Under the pieces are notes generated by a model. The model saw only the letters and a program-made list of their open reading frames with translations, did no database searches and was not told where the DNA came from. The position numbers and the translations under genes are program-made. Source: an uncultured Gemmatimonadales bacterium (GTDB lineage Bacteria; Gemmatimonadota; Gemmatimonadetes; Gemmatimonadales; Gemmatimonadaceae). Taken from it: a stretch of 64,000 nt of DNA. The DNA lies in assembly GCA_963701965.1 (NCBI GenBank), contig OY969695.1, positions 1,120,001 to 1,184,000 on the forward strand, in the 5' to 3' direction. This document shows, in pieces, positions 42,359-52,455 of the stretch (the stretch's first letter is position 1; the number at the start of each line of letters is the position of its first letter).

Positions 42359-42391
42359 TGGCGCCGGCATGCGTGTCGGCGCCATCGTGTT
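42359..42391 (+). terminator. 11-bp hairpin TGGCGCCGGCA-TGCG-TGTCGGCGCCA with a weak U tail; possible terminator of the two-gene unit
   Basis: One G-U pair; 38 nt after the stop codon. Confidence 0.45.
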
Positions 42392-42417
42392 GCGGACTAC
42401 GCACTCATGGAGATGCC

Positions 42418-42720
42418 ATGCTGCTGATCCGGGAAGTGATGTACTGCAGACCGGGCAAGGTGCGCCCGATGGTCGAGAAGTTCGTCGCGATGTCGAAGCT
42501 CAGCGAGCAACTCGGCATGCCGCGCATGCGCATCATGACCGATTTTTGCGGCGAGCAGTTCTGGACCGTCGTGGCCGAGATGGAAGTGGCCGACCTGCAG
42601 GCGTTCGAGCAGATGATGGCGTCGCCGCCGGAGGATCTCCGGAAGTTCGAGGAGATCATGCAGGGGTACCACGATCTCGTCGATTATGGAAAGCGGGAGA
42701 TCTATAAGATCGAAGCGTGA
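42418..42720 (+). CDS. Small NIPSNAP-like (dimeric alpha-beta barrel) protein
   Basis: RBS GGAG; IREVMYCRPGKVRPMV...RIMTD...FWTVVAEMEV...YHDLVDYGKREIYKIE. Confidence 0.75.
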   Translation: MLLIREVMYCRPGKVRPMVEKFVAMSKLSEQLGMPRMRIMTDFCGEQFWTVVAEMEVADLQAFEQMMASPPEDLRKFEEIMQGYHDLVDYGKREIYKIEA

Positions 42721-42723
42721 CCC

Positions 42724-43824
42724 CTATGGTCCGAGCGCCAGCGGGCGTACCCGTTTCACGAGCTCGGCCAGAAACTGGTCGGATCGCATGAAGACGGCGA
42801 AGTGGCCTCCGCCTTCAATGGGCACGAAGGCCTTTTGCGGGGCGCGGATCATTTCGAGATAGGCCCGGGCCAGCGCGGTGGGCGTCGTGAAATCCTCGGC
42901 GCCCTGAAAGAAGAACACGGGGACAGCGAACGCGAGGCCCAAGTCTTCCGGACGATCGGCGGTGACCTGGGGCACGAGTCGTTCGGCGCTCAACTCCTCG
43001 CCGGCCTCCGTCTCATTGAGCGCCTGCACCGACCCGCCGGGCGCGACCAGGGCGAAGCCGATCGTGCTGTTCAGAAAGCGGTCGGCGCCCTCGAACGCAT
43101 TCGCCCACTTCCACTGCACGCGGTACCCGTCCCCGCTCGCATACGGCGGGGCACCGACGCGTTCGAGCTCGGTCAGCGCGACCGTGTTGCCGAGCGCGCG
43201 GGCCTTGTGCACCAGCGCATCATAGGCGACCGCATAGTTCCGCGTCTCGTCGGCCACCTGCCCCGTCCCGACGTACGCACAAAAGAGATCGGGCCGCTGC
43301 CGCACCATGCGCAAGGCGAGGATCGAACCAAACGAATGCCCCACGAGGATGATCTTCGACTTGCTGAGATGCTGCCGCAGATACTCGGCGAGCTCGATCC
43401 CGTCCCGCGCCATCCGGTCGACGGTGAGCGTGGGCGCGATACCCGGCCCGCTCTTGGCCAGCGTCCGTCCCGCGCCCCGCTCATCCCACTGCACCACCGT
43501 GAAGTGCTCCTCCCACGGCGCAAAGATCGCGAACGACCACGGATTCGTGACGTCACCCGGCCCGCCGTGCACGAACAGAATCACCGGGTTGGCGCGATCC
43601 TGGCCCCGGATCGTCACCCACTGGTCGATCCCACCGATCGGAACGTAGCGCGCCTCGTCGATCCCCGCCGCTGACGTGATCGCATATTGCTTGGCATTGC
43701 GGGCGCGGATACCCGACATCGAGCGGTCGAACATCCGGTACGCCGAGTCGGTCGGGGTCTGGCCGATGATCGGCCGGGAGACCAGGGACACGGCGAGGCT
43801 GGCCAACAGCCAGTGTTGGTGCAT
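42724..43824 (-). CDS. Secreted alpha/beta hydrolase (proline iminopeptidase-like)
   Basis: HGGPG, WDERGAG, GHSFG nucleophile motif, QGAED, GGH. Confidence 0.9.
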   Translation of the reverse strand: MHQHWLLASLAVSLVSRPIIGQTPTDSAYRMFDRSMSGIRARNAKQYAITSAAGIDEARYVPIGGIDQWVTIRGQDRANPVILFVHGGPGDVTNPWSFAIFAPWEEHFTVVQWDERGAGRTLAKSGPGIAPTLTVDRMARDGIELAEYLRQHLSKSKIILVGHSFGSILALRMVRQRPDLFCAYVGTGQVADETRNYAVAYDALVHKARALGNTVALTELERVGAPPYASGDGYRVQWKWANAFEGADRFLNSTIGFALVAPGGSVQALNETEAGEELSAERLVPQVTADRPEDLGLAFAVPVFFFQGAEDFTTPTALARAYLEMIRAPQKAFVPIEGGGHFAVFMRSDQFLAELVKRVRPLALGP

Positions 43825-43890
43825 GCTCACACTACGACAGGCAACGCTCGCGGTTTCGTCGAGCGATTCCGCCCAACACAACATGTGGCG

Positions 43891-45132
43891 CTAGTCATGC
43901 CGCATCGCCTCGATCGGCGACAACCGCGCCGCCCGCAGGGCCGGTACCGTGCCGAACACCAGGCCAACGGCCGCGGCGGACAACACCGCGATGCCTATCG
44001 TCGACAGCGTGACCGCCGCGTGCAATTGGGCACCCGGCACCGTCAAGCGAGTCACGGCGGCCACGGCAAACGCGAGGAGCAATCCGGCCACCGTCCCCAC
44101 GCTGGTGCCCAGACCGGCGATAGCCACGGACTCCGCGAGAAACTGACAGAGGATGTCGCGACGCCGGGCGCCGAGCGCTTTGCGCACGCCGATTTCGCGC
44201 GTGCGCTCGACGACGCTGGCCAACAGCACATTCATGATCCCCACGCCGCCGACCGCGAGGGAGATGCTGGCGAACGCACCGAGAATCAGCTTGAGCACGC
44301 GCATCGCGGCGCGCAGCTGGCCGAGCGCCGCCAGCGCGGTGGTCACCGATACGCCGTGATCCCAGTCCCGATACCGCGTGGCGAGCCAGTCAATGACGCT
44401 CTGCTCGGTCGCGCCGACGGCCTCGATGGTCGACGCGTGCACCAGCAACGACGGCGTGAGCGCATTGTGGAGGCCGAGGGCTGCCGCCGCGGCGCGGAAC
44501 GGCACCCATATCTGGTAGTTGGTCTCACCCGGATACGCCGGCATGACGCCCACTGTCGTGAAGGCGCGGCCGCGGACGCGCACATCGTGGCCGAGCATGG
44601 CGGCCGGATTGCCATTCGTGGCCAACTCCGCGGCCAGCTTATAAGAGAGGACGATCACGGGCGCATTGTGCGAGGCTTCGACGGGCGTGAAGAAGCGGCC
44701 GGCGAAGACGTCCCGCATGCCAAAGAGCAGATAGTTGGCGAGGGTCGCGGTGAGCGAGACGGCGTGCTCCGGCGCGCTGGGCGTGGTGACCACGGCCGAT
44801 CCATCGAGGGTCATGGTCACGACGCCCGCGCCGCCGAGAAACCCTTGGAGATCCTCGGCATCGCGGGCGCCGAAGATCGGATAGCCGGGGTTGGGGAACG
44901 AGAACCCGTCGCGCACCCGCTGCGTGCGTGACGCGACGGTGATCGACTGGACGTCGGTCTGGGCCGCGATCTGATGGCGCGCATACTGCTCCAGTCCGTC
45001 AGCGAGCGCGAGGGTGGCGCTGACCGACGCGATCCCCATCACCACGCCGAGCGTCGACAGCCCCGTGCGCAGCGGGCTGACTACCATCTGGCCCAGGCCC
45101 TGCGCGACCGAGGCGCCGGCAACGACGTCCAT
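43891..45132 (-). CDS. MacB-type ABC permease (no adjacent ATPase)
   Basis: [58 protein letters not shown]. Confidence 0.92.
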   Translation of the reverse strand: MDVVAGASVAQGLGQMVVSPLRTGLSTLGVVMGIASVSATLALADGLEQYARHQIAAQTDVQSITVASRTQRVRDGFSFPNPGYPIFGARDAEDLQGFLGGAGVVTMTLDGSAVVTTPSAPEHAVSLTATLANYLLFGMRDVFAGRFFTPVEASHNAPVIVLSYKLAAELATNGNPAAMLGHDVRVRGRAFTTVGVMPAYPGETNYQIWVPFRAAAAALGLHNALTPSLLVHASTIEAVGATEQSVIDWLATRYRDWDHGVSVTTALAALGQLRAAMRVLKLILGAFASISLAVGGVGIMNVLLASVVERTREIGVRKALGARRRDILCQFLAESVAIAGLGTSVGTVAGLLLAFAVAAVTRLTVPGAQLHAAVTLSTIGIAVLSAAAVGLVFGTVPALRAARLSPIEAMRHD

Positions 45133-45241
45133 GGTGTCCAGAGTACCCGGGATCCGGTGGCGCCGCTATCGTCCAATAGTCGCGCGGTCCTACAACTTTC
45201 GTTGGAGGCGCGCGGCCGTCTCGGACGCCATCATATCAGTC

Positions 45242-46417
45242 ATGCCGCTCGAACCGCTGTTCGCGGCCAACAAGGCTCTGTGGCTCCGCGTCTGGATCGC
45301 GACACAGAGTGCCGCGGTGGTCGTCGCCTGCTCCTTGATGATCGCGCACGCCGGCGGCGCGCGCGCGTTCCTGGCATCGCCGGCAGCGCCCCGGTCGGTC
45401 CTGACGGTCGCGATGTTGATCGCGTACCATGGCGTCGGCCTCCAGGCGCACGACTGGATGTTGCGGCGACCGTGGGCGGTCGCGATGTTCGTGCCAGTGG
45501 GCTGGGCCCTCATCCTGTCGTCGGTGGCCATTCACCCGGGGTTCGGCGTGCTGTTGCTCGGGGCCATTCTTCAAGGATTCATTTTTCTGCCGTTCACCTG
45601 GGCCATCACCACGCTCGCCTTGTTGGTGCTCCTCACGATCGCCGTGGTGATCACGCAGGCCGCGGTGCGGGAGCCCGGGCCCGGCGCGGCGCTGACGCTC
45701 GCCCGCGTTGTGGCGCTGCTGGCGAGCGGCATCACGTTCGGCACGGTGGTGCTCTACATTCATCGGGTGAACCGCGACGCGCGCGAAGCCGGGGCTCGCG
45801 AGGAGCGACAGCGATTGGCGCGCGACATTCACGATACGGTCGCGCAAGGGTTCGCCAGCGTCATCAAGCACCTGGAGGCCGTCGAGTTGTCGTTTGACGC
45901 GCCGCTCGCGGCGCGATCCCACTTGGTCAACGCGCAGGCCGTGTCCCGCGCGAGCCTCGACGAGATTCGCCGCCTGGTGTGGGCGCTCCGGCCGCCGCAG
46001 CTCGTGGAGGCCACGCTCCCCGCGGCGATTGGGCGGATCGTGCGCCAATGGGGCGAGGCGCACGCCATCGCGGCAACGTGTGAGGTCACGGAGTGTCCGC
46101 CGTTGCATCCCGACGCCGAGGTGATTTTCTTGCGCGCCACGCAGGAGGCCCTCAGCAACGTCGCCCGGCATGCCGGCGCGGCCCGGGTCACCGTGGCGAT
46201 GCACTGTGTCGACGGGCTCGTGCTGCTCTCGATCGAAGATGACGGGCGCGGTTTCGCCGAGCCGGCCCCTACGGGCGCCAATGGGGTCGGGATCGCCGGC
46301 ATGCGTGAGCGCGTGCGAGCGTTCGGCGGTCGCGTGATGATTGATACCGGACCCGGTATGGGCACGAGCCTCACGGTGGCATTGCCACTGGCGGCGATCG
46401 CGGCGGCGCCGGTATGA
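45242..46417 (+). CDS. Membrane sensor histidine kinase (HisKA_3, DesK/NarX-like)
   Basis: EERQRLARDIHDTVAQ; QEALSNVARHA; DDGRGF; GIAGMRER. Confidence 0.93.
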   Translation: MPLEPLFAANKALWLRVWIATQSAAVVVACSLMIAHAGGARAFLASPAAPRSVLTVAMLIAYHGVGLQAHDWMLRRPWAVAMFVPVGWALILSSVAIHPGFGVLLLGAILQGFIFLPFTWAITTLALLVLLTIAVVITQAAVREPGPGAALTLARVVALLASGITFGTVVLYIHRVNRDAREAGAREERQRLARDIHDTVAQGFASVIKHLEAVELSFDAPLAARSHLVNAQAVSRASLDEIRRLVWALRPPQLVEATLPAAIGRIVRQWGEAHAIAATCEVTECPPLHPDAEVIFLRATQEALSNVARHAGAARVTVAMHCVDGLVLLSIEDDGRGFAEPAPTGANGVGIAGMRERVRAFGGRVMIDTGPGMGTSLTVALPLAAIAAAPV

Positions 46418-47055
46418 GCGCCACGCCGAGCCCCGTCATTCGCATTCTGGTCGTCGACGATCACCCGATCGTGCGGAGTGGGATCACGAGCGTATTGGCG
46501 AGCCAGCCCGACTTCGTGGTGGTGGGCGAAGCGGGGAACGGTGACGAGGCCGTGGCGGCCGCAGGACGGTGCGCGCCCGATATCGTGTTGATGGATCTCC
46601 GGATGCCGGGACGCGACGGCGTCGATGCGTCGGCGGCGATTCTGGCGACGCGGCCCTGCACGCGCATTGTCGTGTTGACGACGTTCGTCTCAGACGGCGA
46701 CGTCTTACGCGCGATCGAGGCCGGCGCCGTGGGCTATCTCCTCAAGGATGTTCCACACGAGGAATTGTTCCGGGCGCTGCGCGCCGTGGCCCGGGGGGAG
46801 CGCTATCTGGCGCCCGTGGTCACCGAGCGGTTAATGGCGCAGTGGCAGCAGCCGCCCCGCCCGACCCTCACCAGCCGCGAGCGCGACGTGCTCCGCGGCG
46901 TCGCCCGCGGCGAGGGCAACAAGCACATCGCGGCCGGCCTTGGGATCGCCGAGCCGACCGTCAAGGCGCATCTCGTCCACATCTTCGAGAAGCTGGGGGT
47001 CGAGAATCGCACGGCCGCGGCGCGGGTCGCGCATGAGCAAGGCCTGGTCGACTGA
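46414..47055 (+). CDS. NarL/LuxR-family response regulator
   Basis: VVDDHPIVRSG; DIVLMDLRMP; GYLLKD; LTSRERDVL...TVKAHL.HIFEKLGV. Confidence 0.95.
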   Translation: MSATPSPVIRILVVDDHPIVRSGITSVLASQPDFVVVGEAGNGDEAVAAAGRCAPDIVLMDLRMPGRDGVDASAAILATRPCTRIVVLTTFVSDGDVLRAIEAGAVGYLLKDVPHEELFRALRAVARGERYLAPVVTERLMAQWQQPPRPTLTSRERDVLRGVARGEGNKHIAAGLGIAEPTVKAHLVHIFEKLGVENRTAAARVAHEQGLVD

Positions 47056-47418
47056 GGGCGCGGCACCACTCAGCGGGCGATAGCGCGCGCCGGGACCGGG
47101 CCAGGACAAACAGGATGCCGGCGACGACTGCTGTCGGGTCAGAAGCGCCTGCGCCATCGGGTTCCTCGGAGCGGCTAGGTCTAGTCTTACTACCGCTGGG
47201 ACCGCTCCTTTGTTTTGCCCCGAGGCGTTTGACTTCACGCGCGCTTGAAGACGTACCCTGGGCCCTCCCCGTGCCGATCGCAGATGCCTGTGACCGTACG
47301 CGAGGAGCGACGGGCGATCTAGCTCGTGCTCCAGTCGGTCGCGGGGGCCCTCGTACTGGCCGCCGAGGCCTGACCGGTACGGCCCTTGCCAACCGGTACG
47401 GGCGTGCAGCGTCGTCTG

Positions 47419-47946
47419 ATGCTCACCCGTACACAATGGGTGGGATTGCCGCTCCTGGCGGCCGCGCCGGTCTTGGGGCTTGCCGGTGTACTCGGCGCTG
47501 GTCGCATCGCAGTCGTGGGCCGAACCGCCATTGTGTATGCGTTCCTCCTTTTCGGTCTCCGCGTACTGGGCAAGCGCGATCTCTCGCAAATGACGCCGTT
47601 CGACGCCGTGTTGCTCTTTCTCATCCCGCAACTCTTTCGGAACTACTTGATCGCCTCGGACAACACGTTCCTGACGGCGCTCGTGAGCGCCACGACGCTG
47701 CTGGTGCTCGTCTACCTCACGTCCTTGCTGGGATTCTGGAGCCCGGTCGTCAACCGACTGGTCCGCGCCCGACCCAGCGTGCTGGTGGAGCAAGGCACCC
47801 TCGTGCCCCGCGAGCTCGATCGTGAACGCATCACCGTGGAGGAGGTTGAAGCCGCGGCGCGGCGCGAGGGCCTGATAAGCCTGCGCGACGTACGGCGGGC
47901 GACCCTCGAGGCGGACGGCAGCATCTCGATCGTGCCATGGGACTAG
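47419..47946 (+). CDS. DUF421 (YetF-like) membrane protein
   Basis: RVLGKRDLSQMTPFD; ATLEADGSISI. Confidence 0.88.
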   Translation: MLTRTQWVGLPLLAAAPVLGLAGVLGAGRIAVVGRTAIVYAFLLFGLRVLGKRDLSQMTPFDAVLLFLIPQLFRNYLIASDNTFLTALVSATTLLVLVYLTSLLGFWSPVVNRLVRARPSVLVEQGTLVPRELDRERITVEEVEAAARREGLISLRDVRRATLEADGSISIVPWD

Positions 47947-49028
47947 CCGCCACCCCGCGCTCGCATATCCGCGAAGCGACCCGAGACTACGAGCGCTGGC
48001 TCCGCCGAGCCGTTCGGGTCGTCGAGCCCGCATTGCGCGACAAGCACGTCCGCATGCGCGACGACATCTTCGCGTTCTTCCGCGGCACATTCTATCGATG
48101 GGCACAGCTCGGCCCCGCGCTCACCCCGGAGGCCGGCGACGCGCCGCGGGTACTCGCCGTCGGCGATCTGCACGTCGACAGCTTCGGCACGTGGCGTGAC
48201 GATGAAGGACGGCTCGCGTGGGGGGTCGATGATTTCGACAACGCCTATCCCCTTCCCTACACGAACGACCTGATTCGTCTGGCGGCCAGCGCGAAGATCG
48301 CCCGGGACGCCGGTCTCATCGCCATCAAGCCGGCCGACGCCAGCGATGCGATTCTCGACGGATACACGGCCACCCTCCGCGATGGCGGCCGTCCCGTGGT
48401 CCTCGCGGAGACGCACGAGCACCTCGAGAAACTGGGGATCGACGTGATCAAGCCACCGCGCAACTTCTGGAAGACGCTCCGTCAGTGGCCGATCGTGCGC
48501 CAGCCACCGCGCGGCGCGCTCCAGGCGCTCAACGCCCTGTTGCCCGCCTCCGTCAGCGAACGCACCGTGGTGCGGCGAGAGGCGGGACTCGGCAGTCTGG
48601 GCCAACCGCGATTCGCGATGATCGCCGAGGACGAGGGGGGTGCGGTGGCGCGCGAGGTGAAGGCCCTCACGCCGTCGGATTGCGTATGGGCCTCCGGTCG
48701 ACGGGGCAACACGCAACCCTACTACGCCCAGGCGATGGCCCGCGCGGTCCGGTCGCCGGACCCGTACCAGCGGGTCGTGGGACGCTGGATCGTCCGGCGC
48801 CTCTCCCCGGATTCCAACCCCATCGAGCTCGCCACATTGAGCGCCAAGCGAGACGAGATGCGCCTCCTGCATGCCATGGGCGTCGAGGCGGCGAATGTCC
48901 ACCTCGGCACCCCGAAGCAGACGAGGGCCGTGCTGGCTGACGTCGGGCGACGCGACGCACACTGGCTCCGCGACGCCGCCAAGACGATGGCCCACGCTAT
49001 CGAGCGTGACTGGCGGGAGTACCGTTAG
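47937..49028 (+). CDS. DUF2252 family (kinase-like) protein
   Basis: FAFFRGTFYRW; VGDLHVDSFGTW; DDFD; AGLGSLG; REVKA. Confidence 0.88.
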   Translation: MGLAATPRSHIREATRDYERWLRRAVRVVEPALRDKHVRMRDDIFAFFRGTFYRWAQLGPALTPEAGDAPRVLAVGDLHVDSFGTWRDDEGRLAWGVDDFDNAYPLPYTNDLIRLAASAKIARDAGLIAIKPADASDAILDGYTATLRDGGRPVVLAETHEHLEKLGIDVIKPPRNFWKTLRQWPIVRQPPRGALQALNALLPASVSERTVVRREAGLGSLGQPRFAMIAEDEGGAVAREVKALTPSDCVWASGRRGNTQPYYAQAMARAVRSPDPYQRVVGRWIVRRLSPDSNPIELATLSAKRDEMRLLHAMGVEAANVHLGTPKQTRAVLADVGRRDAHWLRDAAKTMAHAIERDWREYR

Positions 49029-49951
49029 CGCGACACGTATCCGCCGATCACCGGGACGACCTCGCCCGTGATGTAGCTCGAGCAGACGGGCGCCGCCAGA
49101 AAGACGTAGAGCGGCGACAGCTCCTCGGGTTGCGCGGGCCGGCCCATCGGCGTGCTCTTGCCGAACTCCGTGATCTTGTCCGCGGATTGATCCGCGGGAT
49201 TGAGCGGCGTCCAGACCGGCCCGGGCGCGACGGCGTTGACGCGAATGCCGCGGTCCATGACGCTCTCCGCGAGCGACCGCGTGAAGGCATGAATCCCGCC
49301 CTTGGTCGTCGAGTAATCGATGAGCGCCTTGTTCCCTTGGAGGGCGGTCACCGACCCGGTATTGATGATCGCGCTCTGGTTCCCCAAATGCGGCAGCGCC
49401 GCCTTCGTCATGTAGAAATAGCCGTACAGGTTCGTCTTCATCGTGCGATCGAACTGTTCATCGCTCAATGCGTCGACCGAGATCGCGTGTTCTTGGAACG
49501 CGGCGTTGTTGACCAGAATGTCGAGACCACCGAACGCGCGGACCGTCTCCGCGACGGCGTGTCGACAGAAGTCGGGATCCGACACATCACCGGAGACCAG
49601 CAGGCATTGGCGCCCTTCGCGTTGCACCGCGTCGCGCGTCTCCTCGGCGTCGTCCTGCTCGTCCGGGAGATAGACGATCGCGACGTCCGCCCCCTCACGG
49701 GCGTACAAGACCGCGACGGCGCGCCCGATGCCCGAGTCCCCTCCGGTGATCAGGGCGACCATATCGAGCAGCTTGTCGGAGCCTTTGTAGCCCGGCGCCT
49801 CGTACTGGGGTCGCGGCTTGAGCGCGGATTCATGGCCGGGTTTGGCCTGGTGCTGCCGGGGCAACGGCACGCCCGGATGCGAGCGCGCGCCGGCCTGCAC
49901 GGCCTTGCCGTTCCTGCGGTTCGTTGGCCCGCTCGGTCGTTTCTTTGCCAT
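49025..49951 (-). CDS. SDR oxidoreductase (general-stress YdaD/YhxC-like)
   Basis: ITGGDSGIG; NNAA; YSTTK; NAVAPGPVWTP; GRPAQPEE. Confidence 0.93.
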   Translation of the reverse strand: MAKKRPSGPTNRRNGKAVQAGARSHPGVPLPRQHQAKPGHESALKPRPQYEAPGYKGSDKLLDMVALITGGDSGIGRAVAVLYAREGADVAIVYLPDEQDDAEETRDAVQREGRQCLLVSGDVSDPDFCRHAVAETVRAFGGLDILVNNAAFQEHAISVDALSDEQFDRTMKTNLYGYFYMTKAALPHLGNQSAIINTGSVTALQGNKALIDYSTTKGGIHAFTRSLAESVMDRGIRVNAVAPGPVWTPLNPADQSADKITEFGKSTPMGRPAQPEELSPLYVFLAAPVCSSYITGEVVPVIGGYVSR

Positions 49952-50051
49952 ATGAGCCTGTATGGCGAATTTTGCGCCAGCGGCCGCGGCCGGGCTCGCC
50001 GCATCGGCGATGTCAGGCGACCCGGTTGTCAGATCGGCTACGTTTCTTTCA

Positions 50052-52290
50052 ATGTCGAGCGCGACCGATTCCCCTCCCGATCCGGTGCTCCCCGAGCGCT
50101 ACCAGATCGAGCGCGAGCTCGGGCGCGGGGGCGCCGCCATCGTCTATCTGGCCGCGGACACGCACCATGGGCGCCGGGTGGCCGTCAAGGTGTTACGGCC
50201 CGAGTTTGCAGTCACGGTAGGCGCGGATCGCTTCCGGCGCGAGATCGATATCGCGGCGCAGCTCTCGCACCCGCACATCGTGCCGCTGATCGACTCGGGA
50301 AAGAGCGAAGGGCTGCTGTACTTCGTCTCGCCCTACATCCCCGGGGGCTCCTTGCAGCAGCGCCTGACCGCCGAGGGGCGGCTGCCGGTGGACGAAGCCC
50401 TGCAGATCGCGGAGGATGTCGGCTCGGGGCTCGACTACGTGCACCGCAGCGGCTTTGTGCACCGCGACGTCAAGCCGGCGAACATTCTTGTTCGCCGATG
50501 GTCACGCAGTGTTGGCGGATTTTGGCGTGGCGCAGATGTGCCAGAGGCAAGAGGTCAATGTGCTCACCGAAGGTGGCCTGGCGATCGGCACGCCGGCGTA
50601 CATGAGCCCGGAGCAAGCGAGCGGGGAGCGGGCGCTGGAGAGTCGCACGGACATCTATAGCCTCGCGTGCGTCCTCTACGAGATGCTGGGCGGTGAGCCA
50701 CCGCTGTGCGCCGACACAGTGCGCGCCTTGCTGGCCAAGCAGGTCACCGAAGTGCCGCGATCGGTGCGCGCCCTGCGGCCGGAGGTGTGGTCCACCGTCG
50801 ATCAGGCCCTCGCCAAAGCGTTGGCCAAGGATCCGGCGCACCGCTTTGCGACCATGGCCGAGTTTCTCGAGGCGCTCCGGGCGCCGGCACCCACTGCCCG
50901 CCGGGCAAGCGTCAAGACGCGATCCATGGCCGTGCTGCCGTTCGTGAACACGGACCCGGACCGGGACAACGAGTATCTGAGCGACGGCATCACCGATGAG
51001 CTCATCGACGCGTTGGCCAAGGTCAATGGGCTGCGGCTGGCGTCGCGCACTTCCGTGTTCGCCCTCAAAGGCAAGCCGCAGGATGTGCGCGCCATTGGGG
51101 TGTTTCTCGGTGCGTCCGTGGTACTGGAAGGGACCGTCCGGCGTTCCGGGGACCGCCTGCGGATCACCGCGCAGCTGACGGCGACCGATGACGGCCATCT
51201 CCTGTGGTCGCAGCGGTATGACCGCACGCTGCACGACGTGTTCGCCGTGCAGGACGAGATCGCGCGCACGATCGTCAACACGCTCCGCGCGACGTGGCTC
51301 GCCGATCTGTCGGAGCCGCGGTCCCGCCGCTACACCGACAACCTGAAGGCCTATGGCCTGTACCTCCGCGGCCGCCACGCGTGGAACAAGCGGACGCAGG
51401 ATAGCGTGCAGGAGGGCGTGGGCTACTTCGAGCAGGCGATCGCGCAGGATCCCAGCTACGCGCTGGCCTACGCCGGACTCGCGGACTCCCACGCGCTGCA
51501 GGTTGACTACCGGAGCGTGCCGGTGGCCGACGGCTTCGAGCGGGCGAAGATGCATGCCCGCACGGCGCTCGGCATCGATGACGCGCTGGCCGAGGGGCAT
51601 GCGTCGCTGGGCTGGAGCCTGTTCATCTACGACTGGGATTGGGAGGGCGCCGACCGGGAGTTCCGCCGGGCCATCGACCTGGATCCGGGTTACGCCACGG
51701 CGCACCAGTGGTATGCGTTCCTGCTGGCGGCGCGGGGCCGCCTCGACGAAGGACTCGTCGAGTCGCACACGGCGTTGGAGCTCGACCCGACGTCGGTGTC
51801 GGTGCGGCGCAGTTTGTCGCACGTCTACTACTATGCCCGGCGCTACGATCAGGCCATCCGTCACATCGAGCGCTCGATCGCGCAGGATCCGACGGCGAGC
51901 GAGAGCTATCGGCTCCTAGGCTTGTTTCTCGCGTTGCAGGACCGATGCGATGAGGCGGAACGGGTGCTGCGCGACGCGCACGAGCTCCCCGGCGCGGGCC
52001 TCTATCCGTTGGCCACGCTCGGCTACGTCCTCGGCCGCATGGGCCGCGCGGCGGAGGCGCGGACCATTCTCACGCAGCTCGAGGATCGCGCCCGTCGAGG
52101 GTACGTGTCGCCGGTGGCCATGGCGATGATCTCCCTGGGCGTCCGCGACTGGAATGGGTCCATGGCCGCAATGGAGCGCGCGTTCGCCGAACGCCGTGGG
52201 TGGATGACCTACCTGACCGTGAATCCGATCTTTGACCCGCTGCGCGAGGACCCGCGATTCCAAGCGATGGTAGGACGGATGGGGCTCTAG
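50052..52290 (+). CDS. Ser/Thr protein kinase with TolB_N-like and TPR domains; apparent +1 frameshift at ~50488
   Basis: LGRGG, VAVK, HRDVKPANIL in frame 49962; ADFG, GTPAYMSPEQ, AVLPF, YLSDGITDELI and TPRs in frame 50416. Confidence 0.9.
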
Positions 52291-52344
52291 GCGACATCCG
52301 CGCGACGCCGCGGCAATAGATGGTGCCACGCGCCGGCACATGTC

Positions 52345-52374
52345 TTGACAGACGCGCCCGATCAACCGTAAGCT
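52345..52374 (+). promoter_or_regulatory. Sigma70-type promoter candidate for amt (TTGACA-N18-TAAGCT)
   Basis: Consensus -35 and near-consensus -10, about 80 nt upstream of the start. Confidence 0.5.
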
Positions 52375-52455
52375 CTTCCCCGTCTCGCCTGGCTCCCTCT
52401 TCGCGGCGCGGTATCGGCCCGGTGTCACTCCACCTATCGGCGAGCCGAGGCATCG

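Noticed and set aside
47056..47400. c-di-GMP riboswitch, 6S RNA or reversed-sequence artefact (several CTAG sites)
   Set aside because: Diagnostic riboswitch motifs are absent, there is no clear 6S central bubble, and reversed or complement translations give nothing recognisable; kept only as a generic structured candidate
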